A stretch of DNA of 64,000 nucleotides from a virus, in the IMG/VR virus record IMGVR_UViG_3300032516_000004, positions 32,001 through 96,000 of that record; one strand, written 5' to 3'. Position 1 is the first letter of the stretch, and each line of letters opens with the position of its first letter. This document shows, in pieces, positions 51,443 to 62,687 of this stretch. Below the pieces are notes generated by a model. That model searched no databases. It worked only from the letters and a program-made list of their open reading frames with translations, and was not told where the DNA came from. The position numbers and the translations under genes were made by a program.

Positions 51443-52632
51443 GGATTGGTAGGGATAAAAATCCTGGTGAGCGTGGGTCCCACGGTGATTTAAGAGATCA
51501 TGAACAGTATCTTAATAGGCCTGAGCGTGGTATCATATCTTCTGTAAATACAGAAGAGGGAAAATTACAAATATTTGGTGACACAATTATAGGTAAAAGG
51601 GACGTCACAGCACCAGTATTATGGTTATCAATCAATGGGCGTCAATCTGCGTGGGGACGATATATGCCGATGGGGAATGAGCGTGTCCACATGGCATATA
51701 GAAATGACAATACAGCAATATTTTATGGATATGACGCAACATTAACTAAAGATGACAGGCCGGGGTGGACTGAGTTATCACAAGCATATAAAGAAAAAAA
51801 TGTGCCTGGTTTCTCAACATTTAAAGTATTAAAACGTGGTGAGTTTGACTTCAAATCGAGTGGCAATGCCTATATATTTGGATCAAACGCCGGAACATTG
51901 CTTCTAGCTGGCGGTCAATCTTTTATTAAGTTAGACGGCCAAGCATACAGAATGGAATCAAAAGCCTCTGAGTTTCACCAGACATCTGATGCCTGTGAGA
52001 CTAGATGTGGAACGATATTTAGAAAACTTAAACCAACTGATTTTTCAGAAGGAGTAGTGAATCCTGGTGGTAAAGAGTTCTTAATTAATCTTAATGACGC
52101 AAACCCAGCCACAGGAGCACCACTAACAGGTCAACCAAAAGCTAAATTACACTTTGGTGATATAGTTAATGATACCACATTGGTAGCTGAAATCGGTGAG
52201 TTTGGTTCTAATTTGAGGGGACTTATTAGTCTAGGCGATTCCACAAGTACCACTGAAATATTTCGATTTGAAGTGGATCAACTTGGCAATGTATCTTGGA
52301 CACAAGGAAACACAGGTACCAGTGGATTCAAAATGCGAGCCCAGGCATTTGATATGGAAGCTACCCAAGACGCCCGATTTAATGGTAATACCATCACATT
52401 AGGTAAAGTCGGGGCTAATGAGCCGCTGGTATGTGGTAATCTGCTAAAGGATACATTCTCACAATTCATTCAACAGGTGTTCATCGCTAACGCTAATTTC
52501 TGGGGAGTGGGAAATTTAGGGAATGCTGTGCCTCTTAATCCAGCGGTTACAGCGTCAATTCAAGCCTGGCTGGCAGCATACGTGTCTAATAATTATTTTA
52601 ATTCTACCAAAGCCAACACTGAAAAGGCATAA
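51439..52632 (+). CDS. Central spike protein (gp5/gpV-like)
   Basis: RGIISSVNTEEG OB-fold start, beta-helical middle, TITLG....EPLVCG C-terminus. Confidence 0.65.
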   Translation: MRIGRDKNPGERGSHGDLRDHEQYLNRPERGIISSVNTEEGKLQIFGDTIIGKRDVTAPVLWLSINGRQSAWGRYMPMGNERVHMAYRNDNTAIFYGYDATLTKDDRPGWTELSQAYKEKNVPGFSTFKVLKRGEFDFKSSGNAYIFGSNAGTLLLAGGQSFIKLDGQAYRMESKASEFHQTSDACETRCGTIFRKLKPTDFSEGVVNPGGKEFLINLNDANPATGAPLTGQPKAKLHFGDIVNDTTLVAEIGEFGSNLRGLISLGDSTSTTEIFRFEVDQLGNVSWTQGNTGTSGFKMRAQAFDMEATQDARFNGNTITLGKVGANEPLVCGNLLKDTFSQFIQQVFIANANFWGVGNLGNAVPLNPAVTASIQAWLAAYVSNNYFNSTKANTEKA

Positions 52633-52634
52633 CT

Positions 52635-52928
52635 ATGGCAATGAATGGCATAGCGCTAAAGGCAACGGCTAAAACCACGATTTTTAGTAAATTACAAGCC
52701 GAATTTGAACCGGACATCCCCAGTGATTTAGATGTGGCGTCAAAAGCTAAAATACAAGATGCTTGGAATCGAATTGCTGAGGCGGTTTCAGACGCCATGA
52801 TTGATATAGTAACCCACATACAAACTAATGCTCAGGTTACTACCACTGACGTAGTAACTGTTACTACGGTCATGCCTGGTACGGGCACTGCCCCAGGAAC
52901 TGGCACTGGAACAGGAACGGTTGCGTAA
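52635..52928 (+). CDS. Small baseplate/spike-associated protein
   Basis: AEAVSDA.I..V..I...A.V...PGTGT.PGTGTGTG pattern; located after the spike. Confidence 0.55.
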   Translation: MAMNGIALKATAKTTIFSKLQAEFEPDIPSDLDVASKAKIQDAWNRIAEAVSDAMIDIVTHIQTNAQVTTTDVVTVTTVMPGTGTAPGTGTGTGTVA

Positions 52929-53377
52929 TGGCTGATCTTCACCCATGTGTACGTCAAATACTTTGCGGGCTTTCAGAAGCTATTCTGAATTCATTGCAGG
53001 CCATTATTGATGGACAGATTGCCTTATTACAGGCTCAAATTGTTGCTATTCAAACTCAGTTGCTTCAATATGATATTCTTGCTATTCCCATTGAAACAGC
53101 ACGGGCAGTAGCTCAAACCTATGTTGATAAGGTGCGCGGATCTGCGATGCTGGTTCCACTTAATTTAATATCCGAATGTGTTGATCTTGGTCAATTTAAT
53201 CTTAACTTACAACAGTCGATAGATGCTGCTCTTGCGGTTGCGGATGATCTTACATATGAAGCGACTAGACTATTGAGTTATAGAGATGATTTGAATGCCT
53301 TGGTAACTGAACTCAATGGGGCAATTTCACAATTTACTAATATTAAAAACGTAATTAGTGGGTGTACAGGAGCATAA
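52928..53377 (+). CDS. Hypothetical helical baseplate-region protein
   Basis: Coupled ORF in the baseplate operon. Confidence 0.55.
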   Translation: MADLHPCVRQILCGLSEAILNSLQAIIDGQIALLQAQIVAIQTQLLQYDILAIPIETARAVAQTYVDKVRGSAMLVPLNLISECVDLGQFNLNLQQSIDAALAVADDLTYEATRLLSYRDDLNALVTELNGAISQFTNIKNVISGCTGA

Positions 53378-53378
53378 T

Positions 53379-53822
53379 ATGGCCACAACATTCGAAATAC
53401 AAAATGGTGATGTGATGATTAGTAATATAACTGGTAGGCCAATAATGATCGGAAATGAGTTTGGTGAAAGTGATGTTGGTAAAGCACATGAAAAATGTGT
53501 CCAGGATCTACAAAGAAGTCTGTCAATAGTTAGATTAAGAGATGGGTCTGGAGCTGGAATAAGCGAATTGATTGGAACATTAGAAGGCAGTGGATTTGGA
53601 TCTGTTTCTATTCTTATCAAAAGTCGTGTTAGGAGCATGTTTACGGCGATACAGAATTTACAACGGAAAAGATTGTCAGCTAGACCGTTATTTGAACAGT
53701 TTGCTAATATTACTAATTTAATGGTTACACAAAATACAGATCGTACTTCGTATAGGTTTAGGGTAGATACTAAGACTACTGCTGGTAAGATTATTTCTCA
53801 ATCAGGTCAAATAACGCCTTAG
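53379..53822 (+). CDS. gp25-like baseplate wedge protein (ATG 53379)
   Basis: SD AGGAG; I.NGD.......QDL...L......GAG...LIG pattern directly before baseplate J. Confidence 0.6.
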   Translation: MATTFEIQNGDVMISNITGRPIMIGNEFGESDVGKAHEKCVQDLQRSLSIVRLRDGSGAGISELIGTLEGSGFGSVSILIKSRVRSMFTAIQNLQRKRLSARPLFEQFANITNLMVTQNTDRTSYRFRVDTKTTAGKIISQSGQITP

Positions 53823-53830
53823 GAAATACG

Positions 53831-55255
53831 ATGCCAATCCCAAAAATCACAGCAGATCAGTTTACTACAAACCTAAATTTAGGTATTCAAAATAGAGATG
53901 CTGGTGCCGATGTTGAAATTGGTCCCATTCCGGATATAGTTATTCAACCAACTGCCCAGGTGTTGGAAAACCAAAATGATAGAATTAGACAAGTATCACA
54001 GCTAATATTATTGGATCAATCAGCAACATTTACCGACACTGACGTTGATGATTTTGTGTTTAATGAAGATATGCTTAGAAATACCGGTGGTAGATCCACT
54101 AGTACAGTAACATTTTCTCGAGCAACTATTCCTACAATAGATATTCCTGTACAACGTGGTTTTCCAATCGCAACAATGCCAGATGAAGCTACTGGTCAAA
54201 CGGTTGTGTTTGTTACCACCGAACAAAAGACTATGGTAGCGGCACAAGCCGCGTCATATTTTAATATAACAACTGGACGATACGAACTTGAAGTAGCGGT
54301 TCAAGCCACAATCTCTGGTAAAATTGGAGAAGTTGGTCCAAATAGAATTAATAGACCTCTTAGACCTTTGGCCGGATTTGATACCGTTACAAATGTTGGT
54401 AGAACGTCTACTGTCGTAGACCGAGAAATTAATGATAGATTAATTGAACGATATAAGATTGCAATACAAGGAACACAGCTAGCCACCAACAAGGGATTAA
54501 GATTATTTATTGTAAGTCAATATATAGATGTTGGTGGCGTATTAATAATTAATTCTGGTGATCCACTGGTAACTAGAACTGGTACTAGTGGAAATGCAGT
54601 TGACGTATTTATTACTGGATCACAGGCGTCATCAAGAGTAGATAACCAGATATTTTTAGGTGTGGGACAACTAATAATTTTAGATCATCAACCTGTTACA
54701 CAAGTTGTTAGTGTTATTAACCCAATCGGACCAGTAACATATGTAGTGGGTACTGATTATGAGATTGTTTCAGACACCAGCGGTGTATCTGGAAGTAATC
54801 AGGCTCAAGATGCCATTAGATTTATTCCTGGCGGTACATTCCCAGCCGTTGGAGACACAATACAAATAACTTATACACAAAACAGTCTGGTGGACACAAT
54901 CCAAAATGATTTCACTGATCCAGATCGTATTGTTGGCGGTCAGGATATCTTAATTAGAACTGGCACACAAATAGACATCACTTTAGCTGCCAGGTTAATT
55001 GTCTTGGGTGGGTTCTCGTGGTCTACGGTCGCCACGGCAGTAACAAACGCTATTTTAAATTGGATTAATGCCCTATCTCTTGATGCGGACGTAGAACAAA
55101 GTGATATTCAAGGAGAGGTAAGAAATATATCTGGTGTTGATAATTTCATCTTTACAAAACTTGATGTAAAACCTGGCACAGGTAATGCCGATGTTGTGGT
55201 TGGCAAAAATGAATTTGCCAGAATAGATGTTACCGACATTGCATTAACAACATGA
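53831..55255 (+). CDS. Baseplate J-like wedge protein
   Basis: D..VTFSR...IP..RGF..AT...V.A..SG..G.VG...I...GFD.V.N...VDRE....L..RY. Confidence 0.85.
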   Translation: MPIPKITADQFTTNLNLGIQNRDAGADVEIGPIPDIVIQPTAQVLENQNDRIRQVSQLILLDQSATFTDTDVDDFVFNEDMLRNTGGRSTSTVTFSRATIPTIDIPVQRGFPIATMPDEATGQTVVFVTTEQKTMVAAQAASYFNITTGRYELEVAVQATISGKIGEVGPNRINRPLRPLAGFDTVTNVGRTSTVVDREINDRLIERYKIAIQGTQLATNKGLRLFIVSQYIDVGGVLIINSGDPLVTRTGTSGNAVDVFITGSQASSRVDNQIFLGVGQLIILDHQPVTQVVSVINPIGPVTYVVGTDYEIVSDTSGVSGSNQAQDAIRFIPGGTFPAVGDTIQITYTQNSLVDTIQNDFTDPDRIVGGQDILIRTGTQIDITLAARLIVLGGFSWSTVATAVTNAILNWINALSLDADVEQSDIQGEVRNISGVDNFIFTKLDVKPGTGNADVVVGKNEFARIDVTDIALTT

Positions 55256-58200
55256 CGATAAAACTAACATTAAATACACCAGAAGACGGTGACCGTTTCA
55301 ATCAACTAACTAGTCTGATTCCGGGTGGTACATTTTACGCGTCTAGTGGGTTAGTAATTCCATTTAGAAGTGCACCAACACCATTTACTCTTGAAACATC
55401 ATTTTCAAACACTAGATTTTTAGTATTGGTCAATGGTGCTCAGACAACATTTATTACAACAGATGGGTCTGGTAACGCGAGTTTTGGTATACAGCTACCA
55501 CTTGGTGACTGTACAATAGAAATTCAAAGGGAATTTAGTACCGACAACGTACTTGCGTATTGTACGACTCGAATATACGGCGATTGGTTGGCAGCGATTG
55601 GAGATCAATTAAAGGTAATCGACGACTACACAGAAGACACACTAGATGCATTTTATTTGGCCAAAGCAAAGTCTACTGACATAGATTTGGCACACGGGGT
55701 ACCACTTAATACCGCCAACGAATCTGGTGCTGAATTAGAGGCATATCGAAACATGCTTCAAATGATTCACCAGGCACTACGCCAATACGTTGGTATGGAA
55801 GCTGGGAAATTTGAAGCAATAGCGGCAATCACAGGTGTCGATCCGCTTATTTTTTATCGATATAAAGATGGTAAAAGATGGATCCTTGGGTATGATTATC
55901 TATATGGGTATGGTCGAAGAATTGTAGATTGTACTAGAATTCCGTCAGGAACATTACCAAATATTAATGTGAATGGCCAATTTATAACGCTAAAATCTGC
56001 TGACAATTTTACGCTACCTGGAACGGGCTCGTTATATTATTATCAAAAATTTAAACGATTAAAGTGGCAACCACCAGCCGGTACAGCATGGCCACTATTA
56101 ATGGAAATGGAACCATTATTAGCTGATGGCACATATTCATTGCAAACCGCTAGAACAATGGCTGTTCTTGAGTCATTACATTTTCCTAAAAACTGGGTAG
56201 CTGGCACATATGATCATCTCCATCTTAATATAGATGGTATTGGTGTCGTAGATATAAATTTTGATCTTACTACCGGAATCGCATACGATGTAGTTATTAA
56301 TTCATTTTTTAGTGCAAATACGGCCTATCACTATAAGCGCGTTGTTGAAGTTCAACCAGCCGGACAATTAGCTGGTTTACTTGAAATATATAATATTAGC
56401 GATGGTGATTATACTAACAATACAGGAAGTATTATAGTTGATGCGTCTGGTAATGTGGGATATAAAGATCCTCTAAATATCGTACCTGGCACATTTGTTT
56501 CTGTAACACCTGGAAGTACAGCCAGATTGGTATCAGCAACCAGTAAATATTGGGTGGATGTACTTATTAATTATGGTGGTCTGGGCATAAATAAGTCTGA
56601 CACATTTATTGCAAAACAACGATACTTTAGGGCTGCTAACTTTGGTGTTGCGACACTAGTGGCAAACGACCAAGTAAAACTTTGGTCAAATACTGAATGG
56701 CCAATCCAGGGATTAAGTAATATTAAGGTGATGGATGGGCCATGTAATTTTGCCAGCATATTGTATGGTTTTCCTAGAAATAAGGCTACGCTATCTGCTG
56801 TGGTTTCATCTGGACAAACATCCATACAAGTGCCTAATGGAACGTGGAATCAGTTCCACGACACACAGATACCATTTGATGTAATGGTCGGTTACGGACC
56901 AAAGGCATTAGTGGCTGGTACGTACGCAATAACAGTGGCCGTAGCGAATGCAGATCAAGCAACCATAACCACTAGCGTTCCATTCTTTGCTGTTGGTGAT
57001 ACACATGTGAATGTATATGGTTTAACACTTGGACAGACCCAATTAATGGGTGCTCATGAAATTGTTCAAATTATTAGTAACACGGTTGCAATAGTTAAGT
57101 ATAAGGGCTGTGGCGCGTCTGATTTTGTTGGTGGTTCATTAAATGGCGCTGTTATTGTGGTGGGGATAGATCCAAAATCATTGTATGGGATTGGAACAAT
57201 TGAACATCAATTAATTGCTGGTTTCGACTATCTAAGATTCAAGGGGGTAGGCGAAGCAGTATATGGAGCATCACAGTTAGTAAATGGTCTTGGTGATTCA
57301 TTCTATCGTTTATTTGCTAACTCTGGTGTGTATGTTGACGTTATATCACGCGGTCCATCACTTCCAGCTGTACCACTAACAGTAGACACATTCAATATTG
57401 GCAAATTTTATAATCGGGCCGGAATTAATTTAAATAATTTGGTTAAATGGTCCATGGGCGAGAAAGTAACAGTTACTAGTGTAACACCTGGAGCCCCCGA
57501 AATATTCAATTTAAATCGACAAATTACTGGAAATTATGAAACCACACAATCAGTATATCTTATTAATGATAAATGGCCATATATAACAGAGGGTGTTGAC
57601 ACATTTGGAAACCTAGATGTTGAGGCTGACATAAGCCTTGTTCCAGCGGCAGATAAAAATGATAGTGTTACAATCAATGGGTCAACACTGCCAGATGGCT
57701 GGCAGTATACCGGCTCTGGTTCACCGACCTATGGAATTAGTAACGACGCGATGCTGGCTGAGTCTTCATTATATAACGACACTAATAGTATAGATGCGTC
57801 ATTCGTAATCGACATACCACTTAAAGATTCAATGCTAGGATATCAGCATGAAATAGATGTTTGGGTTAGGAATCTAGCTTTAAGCGAGTTTAATACTCAA
57901 GAATTTAAGATAGGGTCAAATTTTGGTTTTGGGTGGACAGAAACTACTTATACATTGACTGTTCCTGATTCTAATAGATTTAAGCCTATGTTCATGTACC
58001 ATAGGCCAATCGTTCCTCATAATGCTACACAATTTCAAGTTAGGATTAGACGAACCACAAACGCCACACCCAATAAATTTATTATTGATTATGTATTGGT
58101 TAGGAAGAGATATTTTGATGGATTATTTCTTGGTGACGGCACGATACCACGTTCTCCCGGTAGGGAAACCTATAGCGAATTAATGTGTGTCTGGTCACCA

Positions 58201-59235
58201 GATGTCTTGACTAATACAGAGATGCAATTAATAGGTCTAAATGATACTATACGTCGTGCTGGTACACCGGCAGACGGTAAAATTTTAGATACCAGCAATG
58301 CTATGGAGTTAACTGACGCATTTGATGTTTCAGAAATAAGTGGCCCAAATGTTCTTAATGTTCTTGGTGCCATTAAAGGTGGCTGGTCTGGGGCTAGTTT
58401 AGTAAATATGCAGCTAATAACTAGGTCTCCAACTAGATTCAATCACGTTGTTCCAACGCTTCCTAATATGATTTATGGTGAAATATTAACATTTACTGGT
58501 TCTCCACCATACCAGGCCAATTTAGCTCATACTAGTGATAGTGACCAAACGGTCATGATCCTTTACGAAAATGGTGTGCCGGTTCCTCAAGATCAATGGC
58601 AAGTAAATTCGTCGACTCAAATTCAGGTAAATACCGGGTTTAACACATCAGCGGTATATACACTAGACTATCAACTATTAATAATGGCAACCTCCCCGGT
58701 AATAGATCTTGTTGGTGCTGGAAGTAGTTCAACATATTGGTTTGCTGATGTTGTTGTGTGGAATAGACATACAAGTGATATAACAACATACCGTGAAAAC
58801 ATATCGATTATATTTGGTGCTGATTTTACGGCCACATTATCACAAAGATCTGATCAAAACAAATTGTTATCAGTGCTGACTGAAGACACTGGGATAACAA
58901 AACGAACTATACCCACAATAAATTGGGATTATATCGACTCTAACAATATCCGTATTAACGGGTCAGAGTTTAATGCTAACGCAATTTATACATTTGAATA
59001 TAATGCAAGAATTCTTGATTTATTTAGGGCCGCAACCATAACGCGTGAAATTAGAAGTGGAGCCACAAATCCACCAGTAACAGCATATACCGCATTTGAT
59101 ATAAATGATATGATAGATAGTACGTTGCGATATCATCAAATTCGTGTTAAAATTACCAATATAAAGGATGTTAGAGACGTACGTATTCACAGCATGGTGC
59201 TCAAAGGATTGGTATTCCCGTCACCGGGATTTTAG
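55252..59235 (+). CDS. Large baseplate wedge/peripheral structural protein (1327 aa)
   Basis: Follows baseplate J; LEAYRNML...G...AIAAITGVDP (gpI/gp7-like segment) plus many beta domains. Confidence 0.65.
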   Translation: MTIKLTLNTPEDGDRFNQLTSLIPGGTFYASSGLVIPFRSAPTPFTLETSFSNTRFLVLVNGAQTTFITTDGSGNASFGIQLPLGDCTIEIQREFSTDNVLAYCTTRIYGDWLAAIGDQLKVIDDYTEDTLDAFYLAKAKSTDIDLAHGVPLNTANESGAELEAYRNMLQMIHQALRQYVGMEAGKFEAIAAITGVDPLIFYRYKDGKRWILGYDYLYGYGRRIVDCTRIPSGTLPNINVNGQFITLKSADNFTLPGTGSLYYYQKFKRLKWQPPAGTAWPLLMEMEPLLADGTYSLQTARTMAVLESLHFPKNWVAGTYDHLHLNIDGIGVVDINFDLTTGIAYDVVINSFFSANTAYHYKRVVEVQPAGQLAGLLEIYNISDGDYTNNTGSIIVDASGNVGYKDPLNIVPGTFVSVTPGSTARLVSATSKYWVDVLINYGGLGINKSDTFIAKQRYFRAANFGVATLVANDQVKLWSNTEWPIQGLSNIKVMDGPCNFASILYGFPRNKATLSAVVSSGQTSIQVPNGTWNQFHDTQIPFDVMVGYGPKALVAGTYAITVAVANADQATITTSVPFFAVGDTHVNVYGLTLGQTQLMGAHEIVQIISNTVAIVKYKGCGASDFVGGSLNGAVIVVGIDPKSLYGIGTIEHQLIAGFDYLRFKGVGEAVYGASQLVNGLGDSFYRLFANSGVYVDVISRGPSLPAVPLTVDTFNIGKFYNRAGINLNNLVKWSMGEKVTVTSVTPGAPEIFNLNRQITGNYETTQSVYLINDKWPYITEGVDTFGNLDVEADISLVPAADKNDSVTINGSTLPDGWQYTGSGSPTYGISNDAMLAESSLYNDTNSIDASFVIDIPLKDSMLGYQHEIDVWVRNLALSEFNTQEFKIGSNFGFGWTETTYTLTVPDSNRFKPMFMYHRPIVPHNATQFQVRIRRTTNATPNKFIIDYVLVRKRYFDGLFLGDGTIPRSPGRETYSELMCVWSPDVLTNTEMQLIGLNDTIRRAGTPADGKILDTSNAMELTDAFDVSEISGPNVLNVLGAIKGGWSGASLVNMQLITRSPTRFNHVVPTLPNMIYGEILTFTGSPPYQANLAHTSDSDQTVMILYENGVPVPQDQWQVNSSTQIQVNTGFNTSAVYTLDYQLLIMATSPVIDLVGAGSSSTYWFADVVVWNRHTSDITTYRENISIIFGADFTATLSQRSDQNKLLSVLTEDTGITKRTIPTINWDYIDSNNIRINGSEFNANAIYTFEYNARILDLFRAATITREIRSGATNPPVTAYTAFDINDMIDSTLRYHQIRVKITNIKDVRDVRIHSMVLKGLVFPSPGF

Positions 59236-59238
59236 AGG

Positions 59239-62200
59239 TTGATTATGGATCATAGCATTTATACTGATGGTGTGGTTGTTGGTCAGGTTGATCTTGAACG
59301 AACCGAGACCACCAAGAAATTTCATATAAATCAACGTCACGACGACGCATCTGTTTTAGGTGTCACCTCTGGACAGGTAACTGTAAACACACTTAATAAT
59401 ACTTTAATTGATATTAGTGCATTTACGGGATATACACCGAACGGTGAATATATTGAGTCAACCACTGCTGAAACCGCTAGACAGCTAGCTGACTATACAA
59501 ACGGCACCATTAATTATGTGTTGGGGATGTATACTGAAACCAATACGCTATTAAAACCACATGAAACTAATGGAAATAGTTACCCGACAGCCGCAGCTAG
59601 AAGTTATCGAATTGTAATTGTCACTGAAGCACAATACAACGCACTACCAACCACAGATGACAACTTAAACAATAACGCTAAAGATCGTGCACTTATTATT
59701 GGTAAAGTTACTGCTCGAGGAGTTGGTGTAGCGCTAACTAGTTCAGACATTACAAATGCTACTACGTTCGGAAGTGCGATCTCAGCAGTTAAAACGTCAA
59801 ACATTGCTGGTGTGCAAATTTACAATGTTGACAGAACCACCATGGCGGGTACGGGTTCTTTAAGTTATGCGGCTGGTGGTCAACAGCTCACCTGGAAATC
59901 ACCAGATCCGCTTGATACTTATGGAGCAGCAGTAACAGTTTCAACCAGTGGTATATATGAAGTTAAAAGTGGAACATTTCTTAAATCACTCTATGTTATT
60001 GTAACAAGCCCATCTTTGCCTGGAACTAATCAAACAGACACTGTTACTATCACAAACATTTATTCACAAAGTGTGTCTCGATATACCGCAGAAGATATTC
60101 ACCATAGGTCTCTAATTGGTAGTGGTATTCCAACTACTCTTAATCCCCACGGCTTAACCATAGAAGATCTTGGAGTCTCATCGGGCATTGTTGAAATACA
60201 CCAAGACTTATTTCATAGCAATGGTGTTCTTAGAACGTCTGCCACCAATTTATTTACACTATCAGTAAATACCACGGCACCACATTCATTAAATGTTGTG
60301 GCCCCCATTTCTGGAGACGCGTTCTATCTTAATGGTCGAGAACACAATCTATTGGCAAGCTCAAATATACAGTTTGGCGGGGCATTGCCCAATTATCAGT
60401 CACTATATGATATATATGTTCTTGAAGGATCTAACAAAATTGCGACATTGGAAAAGAAAGAGCGAGCAAGATATGCGACCACGCCACCACCCGCGATGGC
60501 AACATATGTTCAATTACGAAACATAGATAGAAGATTTGCTAGAACATCTGACGCCACGGTTAAAATTAAATTTGATACTGCGGTTGATAAGATCTATTTT
60601 GATTCCACGGGAACTGGTGGTAGTTATGGTATTGGTGTTGCGGTTCCTGGGGCCGGTAATTCAACGATTAGAGTATTCGATAGTACTGAAGAATACTATA
60701 TTGATCTACACGTAAATTCTACAATAGCCGCACAAGCTAACATGGAAGAAATTGTAACTGTATATAAAATAATTTCTTCCACAGAGACATACCATGTTTT
60801 CATGGAGCCAAGAATACATGCTGGTACCATTATGTATTCCGGTACTGCGTCTGCGTTCTTAGGTAATGGTTTTGCCCTTGGATACAATTCACCAAATAAC
60901 CCATATAACTACCGTAGAATTTTTGGTATTACAGGACCAGACGATATTAGAGATGACGGTGGAACATTTGAAGATACTGTTGACACTATACCAGAAACTA
61001 GTCCGGCACTCTATACTAATAAATGGGTTGGTATTGGACTTGGTGCTAGATACCCACTATCACAACTACATCTTAGTAATTTAAATGGGTCTGTGGCGTT
61101 TACCATAGTTAGTAAACCTGCAAGTCTTGCCTACATAAATTTTCGAGATGGACGTAATGGTGATTATTGGGCGGTTGGGAAAGGCACTGATAATCGTTTT
61201 TATGTTTGGGATACTGTTAGAAATACTAATGTAATTCGTATAACTTCTAATGGTAACATGAATTTAATGGAATCTATCGGATCTGGTGCCGCTGCTAATA
61301 TAGCAATCGGCACAACAGTTCATTCAGCCTCAGCCCTTACACTTCAAGATAACACAAACCCCACGTCTGATTATCAACGTGTAGTTCAAATATTCACACC
61401 CAACGTTGCTAATACCCACCATCAATTATTTCAATTTGGGAAAGCTGATAGTGCGGGTAATTGTGCCGAAATGATGTATTACCATGCCGCAGATGGTAGT
61501 ACTGCTAATAGTTTTATACTAGGAGTGCAAGGAAGTCAAATTGTTAACATTACTAAACGCGGCACGCTTTGTCTTTGTAGTATTGTTGATAACACAGCAT
61601 ATGGTGTTTTTGGGAGTAATAGTGGAACTGGATATGGAGTAATCGCAGAGGCACAATCAACCGTTAGATCATCATTGCGAATCGTACCACAAAGCTCGGC
61701 ACCTAATGGACAACGAGGCGATATTTGTATACTTAATAATAGTGGAAGAGAAATAATATATAATGGGGTTGAGTGGTGTGGTACTGTAGGTTGTCCATTT
61801 TCTCATTTGTCTATTTTAGATAGCGTTACTGTTAATAACTCTTCCAACATTTTCAGTCAATCTTATACCATCCCCGCAGCCACACTAAATACAGGATCAA
61901 CGATTAGAATAAAAGCATCATGCATTATCACGGCTGCTGCTGGCTCTCCGACGTGGTTTTGGATTTCTATTAATGTTGGTGGAAATGTATATGTGGTCGC
62001 CATTACACCACAAAAAGCAGCGGCAGTTAATGACATGGCTGATTTAACAGCATGTGTGGTGATAAAGACTATGACCGCAATTTCTGTTGGGGGTATTGGG
62101 GCTATTGGTGGCCCACCAGCAGGAGTACCATTAATATCACCAGCAGGTTCGATTGCTCCATATTCTAATACATTTAACCCGACCCTCAATTTAAACGTCA

Positions 62201-62298
62201 ATACTGTTATTATTAATGTTTGGATGGGAAGTGCTCCTGCGGGCGCTGGCGTGACTGGAAGATTAGACACATTAACAGTAGACATTAGTGAGTCTTAG
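59239..62298 (+). CDS. Tail fibre / receptor-binding protein candidate (1019 aa)
   Basis: Baseplate-anchoring-like N-terminus, NPHG motif, K..GIG.....P.S.LH beta repeats, variable-looking C-terminal domain. Confidence 0.65.
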   Translation: MIMDHSIYTDGVVVGQVDLERTETTKKFHINQRHDDASVLGVTSGQVTVNTLNNTLIDISAFTGYTPNGEYIESTTAETARQLADYTNGTINYVLGMYTETNTLLKPHETNGNSYPTAAARSYRIVIVTEAQYNALPTTDDNLNNNAKDRALIIGKVTARGVGVALTSSDITNATTFGSAISAVKTSNIAGVQIYNVDRTTMAGTGSLSYAAGGQQLTWKSPDPLDTYGAAVTVSTSGIYEVKSGTFLKSLYVIVTSPSLPGTNQTDTVTITNIYSQSVSRYTAEDIHHRSLIGSGIPTTLNPHGLTIEDLGVSSGIVEIHQDLFHSNGVLRTSATNLFTLSVNTTAPHSLNVVAPISGDAFYLNGREHNLLASSNIQFGGALPNYQSLYDIYVLEGSNKIATLEKKERARYATTPPPAMATYVQLRNIDRRFARTSDATVKIKFDTAVDKIYFDSTGTGGSYGIGVAVPGAGNSTIRVFDSTEEYYIDLHVNSTIAAQANMEEIVTVYKIISSTETYHVFMEPRIHAGTIMYSGTASAFLGNGFALGYNSPNNPYNYRRIFGITGPDDIRDDGGTFEDTVDTIPETSPALYTNKWVGIGLGARYPLSQLHLSNLNGSVAFTIVSKPASLAYINFRDGRNGDYWAVGKGTDNRFYVWDTVRNTNVIRITSNGNMNLMESIGSGAAANIAIGTTVHSASALTLQDNTNPTSDYQRVVQIFTPNVANTHHQLFQFGKADSAGNCAEMMYYHAADGSTANSFILGVQGSQIVNITKRGTLCLCSIVDNTAYGVFGSNSGTGYGVIAEAQSTVRSSLRIVPQSSAPNGQRGDICILNNSGREIIYNGVEWCGTVGCPFSHLSILDSVTVNNSSNIFSQSYTIPAATLNTGSTIRIKASCIITAAAGSPTWFWISINVGGNVYVVAITPQKAAAVNDMADLTACVVIKTMTAISVGGIGAIGGPPAGVPLISPAGSIAPYSNTFNPTLNLNVNTVIINVWMGSAPAGAGVTGRLDTLTVDISES

Positions 62299-62319
62299 CA
62301 AATATCTAAGGAGAACGAC

Positions 62320-62664
62320 ATGCCGATTCAATTAACGACAGCACTTCAAACAGGTGTAATTGATCCAAGTGGTCCATACACACAGGTAAAAATTATTACA
62401 TTTACACTTAATACTATTAGAAAATTCATTGAGGTTAATTGTCAGTATGGTAATACGGTAAATAATGAGTGGGTTCCCGGCATAGCTACTGGGTCAGCAT
62501 CAAACCAGACACTTATCATTCAAGACAGTGGTGAAGCAACAGATTATACTGATATGATAACCGCCGAGTCAGCCGCTGAAGGCGAAGTATACTACGATAA
62601 AGTTAAAGAAATACTTTATCAATGGTTAATAGATAATGAATATTACGACGGTACTATTGTATAA
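62320..62664 (+). CDS. Small protein downstream of the fibre (fibre chaperone/tip candidate)
   Basis: SD AAGGAG; position. Confidence 0.55.
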   Translation: MPIQLTTALQTGVIDPSGPYTQVKIITFTLNTIRKFIEVNCQYGNTVNNEWVPGIATGSASNQTLIIQDSGEATDYTDMITAESAAEGEVYYDKVKEILYQWLIDNEYYDGTIV

Positions 62665-62687
62665 GTATACTTTGATAGGAGTGTCTC

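Noticed and set aside
41142-59235. Bacterial eCIS/tailocin or T6SS locus
   Set aside because: Terminase, portal, neck genes and homing endonucleases in the same contiguous region indicate a phage genome.
668-62285. Numerous short antisense or alternate-frame ORFs in the track (e.g. 4034-4336, 10507-10923, 23107-23565, 41300-41878, 61863-62285)
   Set aside because: They lie wholly within long, motif-bearing genes, lack SDs and read like shadow frames.
59239-62298. Diversity-generating retroelement target in the fibre C-terminus
   Set aside because: No reverse transcriptase and no second near-identical copy differing at adenines was seen in the window; it cannot be excluded elsewhere in the genome.
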